Of a stretch of DNA of 37,246 nt, positions 27,324-37,112 are shown piece by piece (position 1 is the stretch's first letter; each line of letters opens with the position of its first letter). The position numbers and the translations under genes were made by a program. The stretch covers positions 1 through 37,246 of the forward strand of contig JAEOUG010000066.1 in NCBI GenBank assembly GCA_016839445.1, given 5' to 3'. Source of the stretch: Candidatus Thorarchaeota archaeon. Lineage in GTDB: Archaea; Asgardarchaeota; Thorarchaeia; Thorarchaeales; Thorarchaeaceae. The notes under the pieces were generated by a model that was given only the letters and a program-made list of their open reading frames with translations, did no database searches and had not been told where the DNA came from.

Positions 27324-28052
27324 TCAGGAGTCAAGGACCAATCCGCAAGCCCCTTCGTTGTACAACCATGAGTGGTCCTTCCTAACGGCGCCGAGAAGAG
27401 TCAAGTCCCTCTCAGCAGCAATCCTCACTCCGAGATCTGTTGCTACCGCGCGCGACGCCAAGAGAGGCACTCCTGCATTCGCGCACATTCTCACAAGTTC
27501 AGAAGTCAGACGGCCAGTGGTTGCTGCCAGGCAGTGTGCCAGATCAATCTTCTCCGCGGCGGCGGCTCCAATAGCCTTGCAGAGGGCAGCAGTCCTGCTT
27601 ACATCCTCAACCGAGATTGTCCAATCGCTGCGGACGTCCTGCACTAGAGCCGCATGAGTTCCACCGGTCGCTGAGTGAGTCCGCTGCTCATGCAAGAGAG
27701 ACTCCACGGCGTCCACCACCATCCGGAATGAAACAGCACGGAGAGGTTCGTGAGGAGTGACCGCAGGGTCAGTGACGTCCGAGGTAGTAATCCTGCACAC
27801 ATCATCAGACACGCGGCAGGATTCGATTGCAGAGTAGCCTGAAATCAATTTACCAGTGACCAGAAACCCAACTGCAAGCTCCTTCTCCAGACCAGGACTG
27901 CAGCTGAGCTTAGCGACAGAAGAGCCATTGAGCGCAATCTCCAGACTTCTCTCCATGGCAATGAACTCGCTTGCCTGAATCCTGCCGCTGGGTGTAATGG
28001 ACTCGATGTCAATTGTTCGTATCGTCAAGAGAATCGTGCAGGAAACTGCCAT
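27324..28052 (-). CDS. fdhD: FdhD-like sulfurtransferase homolog with degenerate motifs
   Basis: ERSLEIALNG, CSPGLEKELAVGFL, TGGTHAA, TTGRLTSELV, ATDLGV...LTLLG; lacks the Cys loop and RHNA-DK. Start uncertain. Confidence 0.8.
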   Translation of the reverse strand: MAVSCTILLTIRTIDIESITPSGRIQASEFIAMERSLEIALNGSSVAKLSCSPGLEKELAVGFLVTGKLISGYSAIESCRVSDDVCRITTSDVTDPAVTPHEPLRAVSFRMVVDAVESLLHEQRTHSATGGTHAALVQDVRSDWTISVEDVSRTAALCKAIGAAAAEKIDLAHCLAATTGRLTSELVRMCANAGVPLLASRAVATDLGVRIAAERDLTLLGAVRKDHSWLYNEGACGLVLDS

Positions 28053-28075
28053 CTCAGTGATAAGGGTTGAGAGTC

Positions 28076-28897
28076 TTATGCAAAAGACTTGGCGAGCTCG
28101 AAGCATTTTCGGAGGGTGTAGTATCCGTGCCGTGTAGTTTCTCTGAATGCTCCCAGATCAGCGAATCCTGAGAGAAAGAGATTCCATCCTTGCTCATAGA
28201 AGCCTCGGTAGTGCTCTAGGATCTCGCCGTACCCGATTGCGTTGAGCTCTGCGCAGATTGCCGTTCTATTGAACGACCACAGCTTGAGAGGTGAGTCGTG
28301 AGTCTGGGACAGCAGTCGGACTGGAGCCGGCGAAACCCGGAAGGACATCTCACGAATCAGCTGCCAGAAGTCCATGCCCACTCGATCGTTCACCCGGTGT
28401 GGCATTCTCTCAAGGAAATCCTCCAGCTGGAAAAGGTTCTGGAGGTCTATCGCCCTGATCCGCTCATCCTTCGGGAGTTCTTCCTTGGGAGGATTACCGA
28501 TGAGGACTCTAATCTGATCCAGATCAGGAGGGACGAAGTCGACGAGTTTCATCAGCCTGTCTATGACAATCACCTGACTTCGAGGGACGTGAAGATGCTC
28601 GGGTTGCCTCTGCAGGAACTCCTGCTCATAGGATTGGGACATGTCAACTGCGTCAGAGAACGAATCATCTGAACCAGCAAAGAGAGACTCATCCCGCTTC
28701 AGATTGATGTGGACGTCAACATCCGAAAGGATGGGGACATAGTCTATCGGGGAGTCCCAAGCCTTGAGAGCGGATCCCTTGCCATAGGCATACGCAAGCT
28801 TATCCCCAAGAGTCTCAGAGAGGACCACTGTCCAGGCATCGAAGCTTGCAAGGACGTCCTCCTTTGCACGTCCCATAAGAGAATCCCAATCAGGCAT
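28076..28897 (-). CDS. Hypothetical protein with Pol-beta-like nucleotidyltransferase motif
   Basis: YGKGSA...SDVDVH (GS plus DxD); ATG 28897 lies about 20-28 nt downstream of TTTTTAAC. Confidence 0.6.
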   Translation of the reverse strand: MPDWDSLMGRAKEDVLASFDAWTVVLSETLGDKLAYAYGKGSALKAWDSPIDYVPILSDVDVHINLKRDESLFAGSDDSFSDAVDMSQSYEQEFLQRQPEHLHVPRSQVIVIDRLMKLVDFVPPDLDQIRVLIGNPPKEELPKDERIRAIDLQNLFQLEDFLERMPHRVNDRVGMDFWQLIREMSFRVSPAPVRLLSQTHDSPLKLWSFNRTAICAELNAIGYGEILEHYRGFYEQGWNLFLSGFADLGAFRETTRHGYYTLRKCFELAKSFA

Positions 28898-29020
28898 GAA
28901 GGAAGGCAGGTATTCTCTTGTTAAAAAGAACGCCCAGAGTAATCCACACCACAAGAACAAAATAGGACTGCGTGGGCGGCGTAGGAACCTCCAAGTCGTA
29001 CCACAATTGGTGATGCATGA

Positions 29021-30472
29021 TTGACGACGCTAGCGCCAACCACACAAGTAGTGCCTGGCCCCTACAGGATTGTGCTGGCGACCAGTTTCGGCGTCTTTCT
29101 CTCGGCCTTGGATAGCTCAATCGTCAACGTTTCGCTTGTAACGATGGCGGGAAGCCTAGGAGTAGACATGACAGTCATTCAGTGGGTGGTAGTAGCCTAT
29201 CTCCTTGTGATGACGTCCGCGATGCCCCTGATGGGCAAGTTTGGCGACAGATTCGGTAAGACTCGTGTCTTCCAAGCAGGGATGCTCGTCTTCATTGGAG
29301 GTTCTTTGTCCTGCGCACTCTCAGTGGGTATAGAGATGCTTGTGGCATCGAGACTCTTCCAAGCTGTGGGTGCGAGCATGATGGCAGCCAATGGACTTGC
29401 TCTTGTGACCTACTTCACTACTGATGAGAACAGAGGAAGGGCCATTGGCATGAACTCAATAGTCCTAGCAGCTGCTCTTGGCGTTGGACCCGTCCTCGGA
29501 GGGCTCCTAAGTCAGTTCTACGGCTGGCCTAGCATCTTCCTCGTGAATCTGCCGATTGGGCTCGTGGGCTTCGCAGTAGTCTGGAAGATGGTACCCGCAA
29601 CCGAGAGAGTTCAGGAGATGAGGTTCGACACTCTGGGTGCGGCTCTCTTCTTCAGCTTCTTGTTCTTGGTTGTGTATTACGTGTCCGTTTCGGTTGACGG
29701 TAGCTTCCTCACTAGCCTAGTGCTAATCTCGGGGATTCTGCTCAGCTTCATAGCTTTCATTATCAGAGAGAGAACCTTCTCCTCTCCAGTGATCTCGTTG
29801 GATGTCCTCGCTGACAGACGAATCTCGACGGGCATCTTCTCGGCCATTCTTGCATACATGGCAATGGTTCCGGTTTCATTCCTTATGCCTTTCTACCTGC
29901 AGAAGGCACTTGGCTTCAATCAGTTCTGGACTGGTGTGTTCCTAGTAGTGCAGCCAATCATGATATCAATCACAGGCCCCGTGGCTGGGTTCGCATCCGA
30001 GAGAGTGCGGGCAAGAACCCAGACGGTCATTGGGCTTCTCGTTCAGCTTGTGGGTCTGCTAATCATCGCGTCCGGAATTCCTAACATCATACCTATGGCA
30101 GTGGGAGTCGCAGTGATGGGAACAGGGCTCTCCTTCTTCAGCGTGGGGAATGGCAACTTCATCATGACCTGCGCTCCAAAGAAGTACATGGGGGTCATCA
30201 GCGCCCTGACGAATGTGGCCAGAACCACAGGATTCTCGGTGGCCACGGCCGTTGTCACGACAGTCTTTGGCATCTTCTTCGCCTCCTTCAATCCAGGAGG
30301 GGCCGAATCTGGTCCTGCCTATGTTCTGGCATACTCACTTGGCGTTCAGTCCACCGTTTGGGTGTTCTGCATCCTAGCCTTGCTAGCTGCAATAATCTCC
30401 GCATTCCGGGGAATGAGTCCTGCGGAGCAGGCCAGATGTGAAGAGGATGGAGTTCCACTGCAGATGGGCTAG
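29021..30472 (+). CDS. MFS transporter, DHA2 (EmrB/QacA) family
   Basis: LDSSIVNV, QWVVVAYLL, GKFGDRFGK, RLFQAVGA, GPVLGG, WPSIFLVNLPIG. Confidence 0.92.
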   Translation: MTTLAPTTQVVPGPYRIVLATSFGVFLSALDSSIVNVSLVTMAGSLGVDMTVIQWVVVAYLLVMTSAMPLMGKFGDRFGKTRVFQAGMLVFIGGSLSCALSVGIEMLVASRLFQAVGASMMAANGLALVTYFTTDENRGRAIGMNSIVLAAALGVGPVLGGLLSQFYGWPSIFLVNLPIGLVGFAVVWKMVPATERVQEMRFDTLGAALFFSFLFLVVYYVSVSVDGSFLTSLVLISGILLSFIAFIIRERTFSSPVISLDVLADRRISTGIFSAILAYMAMVPVSFLMPFYLQKALGFNQFWTGVFLVVQPIMISITGPVAGFASERVRARTQTVIGLLVQLVGLLIIASGIPNIIPMAVGVAVMGTGLSFFSVGNGNFIMTCAPKKYMGVISALTNVARTTGFSVATAVVTTVFGIFFASFNPGGAESGPAYVLAYSLGVQSTVWVFCILALLAAIISAFRGMSPAEQARCEEDGVPLQMG

Positions 30473-31800
30473 AGCTCAAACTCGTCAGCGATGAAGAGCA
30501 CACGCCGACGGAAGTCGGGATGGTCAAGCAGCATCATGTTGATGCCCACTTCTCTGTCGAACATCATCTTCTGGGGATTCTCTCTAAGTATCTTGAGCAG
30601 GTCTGTCAGCTCCTCTTTAGAGAGCCTCCTGTCTTCGTCATAGTCAGCTCGCCGCCAGTCTATGGTCTGACCCTTTTTCCGGAGGTCGGATTCGGTCTTC
30701 GATTCCGAACGCTTCTCCAACAGCCCTTCTACCGCAGGCTGTACAGCCTTCTCAATCTGCGAATCGTCAAATGCCACTCCATAGACCTTGCGCAGGTGAC
30801 GGAGTCGAGTTGTCAGGAAGACGTAGGGTGCAACATCACGAGCATTCATCTCATCGATCTCATCAAGAGGGTACTGGGTTATCATGCGCATTAGCTCAGC
30901 GTTTGATATGGGAGCACTTCGTTCAGGATTAAGTGACTCAAGCCAGCGTATCTCTTCAATAAGTGCCGTTATGGCCTCGACACGCTGTCCAAGACGAATC
31001 AGAGCATTGATGGTGACTTCGTAGCCGAGAATAGTTGCGGCATGATAGTCGCTCATGAGCTCAGCCGCACGTGATGCCTTCTGCATGAAGATTCGGGATA
31101 GGAGGGTGAGGAATCTTGAGACAAGGAAGAACCCGAAGAGGACAAGAAGTCGGGTACCTGCAAGGATAGGATCCGCGCTGACAATAATCGCAGTCGCAGC
31201 AGCCAGTCCAAGGCGGACGTAGATGTAGAGGTAGATGATGTCAATGAAGAAGGAAGGCATTCTTGCCAGAAGCTGAACAATGGAGTCGCGGTTCTTGATG
31301 TGTCCAATCTCATGTGTAATGATGGCCTTCACTTCCTGCTTGTTGAGGACGTCAAGTGTGTTACTGTGGACTACTACAATCGCTCCAATAAGAGGAAGGC
31401 TGAATGTGAATGCATTCGGCAAGGGCGACTTCATCAGGTAGACTCTGTTAACCTGCACCTCGCTTGCCTTAGCGAGTTCCATCGTCCAGTCTACAATCTC
31501 CTTTCTTGAGTACCGAGTATTCCAGGTCCTACTCTCATCGTACGTGGGGAAGAGCTCTGTAAGGTCCTCTTGCCTGACAATCCGAGCAGCAACGATATAC
31601 AGAACGATGATCTGAGTTGCTGCTATGGCGAGGAAGAGCCCTGCTGAAACGAGAGGATTGCTCTGAGAGAAATCTATCCCGACAACAAGGGGTGTGTTTT
31701 CATTCATTGTTAGAATCGAAACCATCAGAATCTGGAGGAAGTCCATTATCAGGAACATGTAGATGGCAGTCCACTTCTCGCGATTCACATCTTCAATCAT
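30469..31800 (-). CDS. M48 (HtpX-like) membrane zinc metalloprotease with a large insertion
   Basis: PNAF, HEIGHIKNRD, SRAAELMSD (third ligand), C-terminal HPDFRRR; TM segments. Confidence 0.88.
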   Translation of the reverse strand: MIEDVNREKWTAIYMFLIMDFLQILMVSILTMNENTPLVVGIDFSQSNPLVSAGLFLAIAATQIIVLYIVAARIVRQEDLTELFPTYDESRTWNTRYSRKEIVDWTMELAKASEVQVNRVYLMKSPLPNAFTFSLPLIGAIVVVHSNTLDVLNKQEVKAIITHEIGHIKNRDSIVQLLARMPSFFIDIIYLYIYVRLGLAAATAIIVSADPILAGTRLLVLFGFFLVSRFLTLLSRIFMQKASRAAELMSDYHAATILGYEVTINALIRLGQRVEAITALIEEIRWLESLNPERSAPISNAELMRMITQYPLDEIDEMNARDVAPYVFLTTRLRHLRKVYGVAFDDSQIEKAVQPAVEGLLEKRSESKTESDLRKKGQTIDWRRADYDEDRRLSKEELTDLLKILRENPQKMMFDREVGINMMLLDHPDFRRRVLFIADEFEL

Positions 31801-31887
31801 CAGCGCGCCTCGATTGGTCTTCTGGATGTGCGGTTTTGAATTATGCGGTTGCGCCTACGTTCTTCGGAGTGCTTATCTGGAGGATTC

Positions 31888-33342
31888 GTGTCAACCCGTT
31901 GGGAACTGCTCATGAAGAATGGTAAGGATCTGGCTGAGTACTCTATCAAGTACGCCATGGACCAGAACTGCGATTTTGCGGAAGCGCGATATGTTGAAGA
32001 CCTAGCTCGAGGCCTCGCGTACAGGAACGGTCAGCCGGTGTCTGGTGGCATGACACCTACTTCAGGTATTGGTGTCAGGGTTCTCGTCGAAGGGTGCATG
32101 GGCTTTGCGGCGTTCGACCGGCTGGAAACAGAGCTTGCAAAGAGAACGATTTCTACAGCTATCAAGATGGCGAAGAACTCCAGAAGGAAAGAACCCATTG
32201 ATCTAGGAGAACCAGTCACGAACAAGGCCAAGTGGAAGACGGAAGCGAAGAGACCACTGCAAGATGTCAGCATCGATGAGATGATGGAAGCTGCAGATGA
32301 GCTCAACAAGAGGATGGAAGGTCTCTCATCCTACATCCTTACGCTCAACCCTAGAGTTCAGAGCAAGTACTACATCACAAGTGAGGGCGCCAAAATCGAG
32401 GGAGAGCACTCATACCTCCTCATGAGTGCCATTCTGACAGCTACATCAACGAGGGGATCTGAGCAGAGGTACCTGGACATGACACTTGCAGGAGGCTGGG
32501 AGAGGATCGACGAATCTAACCTCTACGACATGCTATCTGATGAAGTGGACCGGTTGAAACAGGCTGCTGAGAGGGCTGTGGCTGTGAAGGAGTTGATGGA
32601 CCAGCCCATTGACATGGTAGTGGGTCAGGAGGTGGCGGGGATAATTGCACACGAGAATGTTGGCCACCCCAGTGAGGGTGACAGAATCATGGGACGAGAG
32701 GGAGCCCAGGCAGGAGAGAGCTTCTGGCGAGACCTGAAGATGGGCGAATCCAGGGTCGGCAGTGAGGCTGTCAATGTAAGCGAAGACCCTACAGTCCCAA
32801 AGACCTCCGGTTTCTACGGCTATGACGACGAAGGCGTGAAGGCCAGGAAGCGAGAGCTGATCAAAGAAGGCATCATCAATGAACCACTCCTGAACCGTGA
32901 GTTTGGCACGAAGTTTGGGCGGGGCTCGAACGCCGCGGCAAGAGCATCAGGCTACAATAGAGAGCCAATCATCAGAATGGCAAACACCTACTTCGAGCCA
33001 GGTGACTACAGCTTCGAGGAGCTGGTGGAAGGCGTCAAGCTCGGGGTCTTCATGCGCTCCTTCAAGGAATGGAATATCGATGATAGGCGTTTCCAGTCCA
33101 AGTATACAGGCTCTGAAGCCTATCTCATCAAGAATGGGGAGGTCACTGACACGATGGTAAAACGTCCTATCATGGAGACAACTAGTGTTGGCCTTCTGAC
33201 GGCCGTCGATGCGGTCTCAAGGAACCATACCTTCGAGTTTCCAGGGACATGCGGGAAGTCTGATCCTATGCAGGGGGTCCCTGTGTATGCGGGAGGCGGG
33301 GAGATACGATTCCGCTCTATCCGATTGGGAGGTGTTGGCTGA
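31888..33342 (+). CDS. tldD: TldD metalloprotease subunit
   Basis: GIGVRVLV, HENVGHPSEGD, YDDEGV, IRMANTY, CGKSDPMQGVPV. Start is GTG 31888 (after GGAGG) or ATG 31912. Confidence 0.92.
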   Translation: MSTRWELLMKNGKDLAEYSIKYAMDQNCDFAEARYVEDLARGLAYRNGQPVSGGMTPTSGIGVRVLVEGCMGFAAFDRLETELAKRTISTAIKMAKNSRRKEPIDLGEPVTNKAKWKTEAKRPLQDVSIDEMMEAADELNKRMEGLSSYILTLNPRVQSKYYITSEGAKIEGEHSYLLMSAILTATSTRGSEQRYLDMTLAGGWERIDESNLYDMLSDEVDRLKQAAERAVAVKELMDQPIDMVVGQEVAGIIAHENVGHPSEGDRIMGREGAQAGESFWRDLKMGESRVGSEAVNVSEDPTVPKTSGFYGYDDEGVKARKRELIKEGIINEPLLNREFGTKFGRGSNAAARASGYNREPIIRMANTYFEPGDYSFEELVEGVKLGVFMRSFKEWNIDDRRFQSKYTGSEAYLIKNGEVTDTMVKRPIMETTSVGLLTAVDAVSRNHTFEFPGTCGKSDPMQGVPVYAGGGEIRFRSIRLGGVG

Positions 33343-34715
33343 TGTCAGAGAATCTCAAGTCGCTCGTGGACCATGCTGTTGACATGGGGAAGAAGAAAGC
33401 AGATGCCATCATCGCAAGGGGAGTTGCGTCCTCGGACTCGCAGGTGAGATTCTCTGAGAGTAGAATCGACATTGCGAAGAAGTGGGAGTCACAGAACCTG
33501 GAGATATTCATTGTAGTCGACGGTGCGAAGACTGGAGCGACAGTCAGACCTGCGTCAACAAAGAAGGATGTCGAGAAGGCAGTAAACGACGTAGTATCAT
33601 TCTCACGCACACTGCCCGACTCGATGTTCTATGCAGGAATAGAGGAGGAGGCCAAGAGATACCACGAGGCCCCTGGGAACTACGATACGAAGATAGATCA
33701 ATTCACCGAAGGTTCTACCGAGGTCGTCAACTCCATCATAGCAGCCGCCTTGGACGAGGGAGCGAAGAGAGTCGCAGGATCAATCATGGTAACGAAGACG
33801 GAAACCTTCTTCCGCTCAAGTCTAGGACCTGAGGGCTCCTCGAAGTCTACTGGATTCGAGCTGAACGTCAGAGCACTGCAGGACGAACTCGACTATTCCG
33901 GACAAGGCTTGCGCAGCGGGACAATCCCATCTGCTGAGAAGGATGAGATGATCAAGGCCGGGGCCAAGGCGGGAAGGCTCGCGAAAGAAGCAGTCGGTGC
34001 AGTTCAGGGCGAGCCGGGTGTATACGATCTTGTCTTGACGCCAACTGTGGCCGCCAGTGTTATTGGAGACGTTCCGACACGGGCCAACCCCTTTGTTGCG
34101 ATGATAGGGCTATCGCCGCTGCAGGACAAGATGGGTGAGCAGATAGCACCCGACATGATAACTGTGCACGATGATTCGCTTCTCACCGGAGGCATGGGAA
34201 CTACTTCATTTGACTGGGAAGGAACACCAGGGAAAAAAACGACGATTATTGAGAGGGGTGTGCTGAAGTCCTTCCTCCACAACACGTCAACTGCCAGGAT
34301 GTTCGAAACAGAGACCACTGGAAGCTCTAGGTTGGCTTCTGTCGGGATGGGGGCTCGGCTGCTACTGCCGGGTGCGTCCAACATCGTCTTCGAGAATGGC
34401 ACGACAAAGGTGGACGATCTACTGGACGTGGACAGGCCCACCATTCACGTCACGTGTAACTGGTACAGTCGTTTCCAGAACGCTCAGACAGGCGACTTCT
34501 CTACCATTCCAAGAGATGCTATGTTTCTCCACCAGAAAGGAGAGAAGAAGCCCATCAAGAACATGCGTATTAGTGACAACACCATGAGGATGTTGGCGAA
34601 CATCGATGCCCTAGGAAATGACAGAACACAGGTCTACTGGTGGGAAGTGAGGACTCCAACCCTCATACCATCGATGCGTATCAGAGATTGTCGGATGACG
34701 GCTGCTACTCAGTAG
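33342..34715 (+). CDS. tldE: TldE/PmbA subunit
   Basis: VRFSES, EPGVYDLVL, FDWEGTP, GVLKSFLHN; lacks HExxxH; TGATG coupling to tldD. Confidence 0.88.
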   Translation: MSENLKSLVDHAVDMGKKKADAIIARGVASSDSQVRFSESRIDIAKKWESQNLEIFIVVDGAKTGATVRPASTKKDVEKAVNDVVSFSRTLPDSMFYAGIEEEAKRYHEAPGNYDTKIDQFTEGSTEVVNSIIAAALDEGAKRVAGSIMVTKTETFFRSSLGPEGSSKSTGFELNVRALQDELDYSGQGLRSGTIPSAEKDEMIKAGAKAGRLAKEAVGAVQGEPGVYDLVLTPTVAASVIGDVPTRANPFVAMIGLSPLQDKMGEQIAPDMITVHDDSLLTGGMGTTSFDWEGTPGKKTTIIERGVLKSFLHNTSTARMFETETTGSSRLASVGMGARLLLPGASNIVFENGTTKVDDLLDVDRPTIHVTCNWYSRFQNAQTGDFSTIPRDAMFLHQKGEKKPIKNMRISDNTMRMLANIDALGNDRTQVYWWEVRTPTLIPSMRIRDCRMTAATQ

Positions 34716-34717
34716 AA

Positions 34718-35251
34718 CTAGGAAGCTCGCCTCAATCGCATCGACTCAGCTGCCGCGAAGTGGAAGAGCTCTGGCACGTTCTTCCCGGTCAGTGCTGAAG
34801 TCATGAAGAACTCAAGTGTGAGAAGGTCGGCAAGAAGGCGTCCCTCCTGTTCAGTGACTTCCAGCTCTCCATCCAAATCGCACTTGTTTGCTACAAGGGA
34901 CCCTCCGAGGAAGTGCTCACGCTGAATACATATCTTCTCAGTGAGCGCCTCGTAGAGCGGCGTTATCTTCTCGAAGGATGACCGACTTGTCGCATCGTAC
35001 ACAAGTATGAGATGATGGGCACCCTCGTAGAACCGATTCCTGAGTCCCGCGAAGGTTTCCTGTCCGCCAATATCAACAATGGTCAATACGACCTTACCCT
35101 CAGGAAAGTCAAACTGCGACACACTCAGATCGGCGGCGACAGTAGCTGTGTAGCCATCTCTGAACTCGCCCTTCTGATACCTTCTAACGAGGCTAGACTT
35201 GCCTACATTCGGAGGTCCAACGATGATAGCCTTGTAGAGTTCTACAGCCAA
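34718..35251 (-). CDS. Rab/Ras-like small GTPase
   Basis: GPPNVGKS, YTATVAAD, DIGGQ, FYEGA, LVYDAT, NKCD, TSALTG. Confidence 0.92.
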   Translation of the reverse strand: MAVELYKAIIVGPPNVGKSSLVRRYQKGEFRDGYTATVAADLSVSQFDFPEGKVVLTIVDIGGQETFAGLRNRFYEGAHHLILVYDATSRSSFEKITPLYEALTEKICIQREHFLGGSLVANKCDLDGELEVTEQEGRLLADLLTLEFFMTSALTGKNVPELFHFAAAESMRLRRAS

Positions 35252-35381
35252 ATCTGTCCCACACAGCCTTTTGTCCGTAATTCACTTACCTGCGCATCTC
35301 GGATATTAGTGTTGACCCGACATCATTGTAGAAGCTGTTTCAAGCAAACGTTTTTAGACTTCATGCCGCGCCGAATCATCT

Positions 35382-35846
35382 ATGATTGACTTCGAAGACA
35401 TTCGCAGCAGGACGACCACAGCAAAAGGGTATGTCGAAGCGCTCAGCGATAAGGACAAGGACCTCGTTCTAGAGGCTTACGACGAGTACAGAATCAATGA
35501 GAAGGTCGTCGAAGAACTCAGAGGCATCATGGAAAGGATGCGTATTGTTGTCTTCAGCGCCCCATGGTGCGGCGACTGCAAGCGGGCGATGCCAGTGATG
35601 CTGCACTTGGAAGAAATGCTGGGCATAGAGTTCATGGTCTTTGGCTCAATCAAGACTGCACCACTAGATCCTAACAAGCAGTGGGCCGTCCCGCCTTCAC
35701 CCCCTGAGATCAACGATTGGGGAGTCAAGGCCATACCCTGGTTTGTGTTCTTTGATGACTCCGGAAAAGAAGTGGGTATTCTGATTGAGAAGCCCAGAGT
35801 AAAGGACACACTCGAAGAGGAGATTCTGCACATCCTCAAGAGTTAA
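35382..35846 (+). CDS. Thioredoxin-fold protein
   Basis: SAPWCGDC active site, cis-Pro AIPWF, GILIEKP. Confidence 0.88.
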   Translation: MIDFEDIRSRTTTAKGYVEALSDKDKDLVLEAYDEYRINEKVVEELRGIMERMRIVVFSAPWCGDCKRAMPVMLHLEEMLGIEFMVFGSIKTAPLDPNKQWAVPPSPPEINDWGVKAIPWFVFFDDSGKEVGILIEKPRVKDTLEEEILHILKS

Positions 35847-35891
35847 TAGCTGCATCGCTCGAGTCATTCTAGCGTTTGGGAGGTAAACGAT

Positions 35892-37112
35892 ATGGATGTT
35901 CCAGTACTGACGGATTTCATTGAAGGCCTCAAGATCTTCTTCTCATCAAAGCGTCTCAAGTGGCTCACACTGGTCTTCGTCATCGGTGCGATTCTCATCA
36001 CAATCTGGGAGAGGTTGGTCTTCCAGTTCTCAATACTCACAGGACTCGCGGCCCTTACTGGGGGTATCTTTCCGGTTTATTTCATGCTGGCAGCATTCGT
36101 ATCGCTGATTGGCCTCTCACGGTTCGTCGCAGACGATGAGTCCTACTTCAATTCTGCAGTCATGACCGTAGTCTGGTTCGTGGTGTCCGGTATCGTCTTG
36201 CTAGGCTTCCTATTGGTGCTCAGACCGCTCTTCAACTTGATCTTCATTGGAGTGGCCTTTCTAGGCTGGATTGGATTCCAGTCGTACTTCGCCACAAGAA
36301 CTTCACTGAGTTACGCTGAAGCAGTCGTGATTGAGGATCGATCTTGGCTTGTCCGAGGGCTTTACGCCTTCATTTACTTCTTCAACTACGTTATCATAAT
36401 TGGCGGGTTCATTGTCTCAGTCATCCTGAATCCCTCTGTGTTCCTACAGGCAGCATTCTTCTTCGCCCTCTTTGGTGCGCTTCTCGCCGTAGGATTCAAC
36501 TTCCTCAATGGAATGATACTCGTCGCAGAGCGCAACAAGTCTACGGCCAGCAGCATCACATTCCTCGGATTCTTCATCTCCGCCTATTCGGCATACTTCA
36601 TGTACAACGTGCTGAAGCCGTTCGATGGATCTCTTGATCCCATCAGTCTCGCCATCTCGCTGTTCTTCATTCTCTATACTATGAGTGCTATCGGAAGGAC
36701 GCTTTCAAGTCGTGCCGACCTTGAAACAAGATGGAAACTCTCCCGGGAGTTGGCTGCAACCGCAACCTACTTCCTAGCCACGGGATTCATGTTCATCGAT
36801 GCGATGTTCACAGTGCTGGTACTCGACCCAAGTCTTGCTGGTGCAGTGGGAGACGCAGTTAAGCTAATCGTCTTTCCATTCGTTGCGCTAGTGATGGAGC
36901 TCGTCTTCATCAGAAGGTCTCGAAAAGCTCCCACTGAAGAGCCTGTGACGACTGAGGTTCCGACCACTGAAGAGGGAGAGATCTCTGAGCAAGAAGATGT
37001 CCCAGAAGAGCCCGAAGAAGTAGAGATGGGTGAGGAAGACTCATCAGAGGGCTCTGACGAAATCGGAGAGCCGGAGGACGACGAGGAAAGCAGCTCAAGC
37101 GAACCCTTTTAA
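35892..37112 (+). CDS. Polytopic (~10-11 TM) hypothetical membrane protein with acidic low-complexity tail
   Basis: ATG after GGAGGT; many hydrophobic helices; last ~60 aa dominated by E/D/S/P/T. Confidence 0.8.
   Translation: MDVPVLTDFIEGLKIFFSSKRLKWLTLVFVIGAILITIWERLVFQFSILTGLAALTGGIFPVYFMLAAFVSLIGLSRFVADDESYFNSAVMTVVWFVVSGIVLLGFLLVLRPLFNLIFIGVAFLGWIGFQSYFATRTSLSYAEAVVIEDRSWLVRGLYAFIYFFNYVIIIGGFIVSVILNPSVFLQAAFFFALFGALLAVGFNFLNGMILVAERNKSTASSITFLGFFISAYSAYFMYNVLKPFDGSLDPISLAISLFFILYTMSAIGRTLSSRADLETRWKLSRELAATATYFLATGFMFIDAMFTVLVLDPSLAGAVGDAVKLIVFPFVALVMELVFIRRSRKAPTEEPVTTEVPTTEEGEISEQEDVPEEPEEVEMGEEDSSEGSDEIGEPEDDEESSSSEPF

Noticed and set aside
2936-35251. A proto-CAAX prenylation pathway: GTPases, ICMT-like methyltransferase, M48 protease and isoprenoid kinase in one window
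   Set aside because: Neither GTPase has a C-terminal Cys, no prenyltransferase is present, the genes are scattered over 30 kb, and these families are widespread in prokaryotes.
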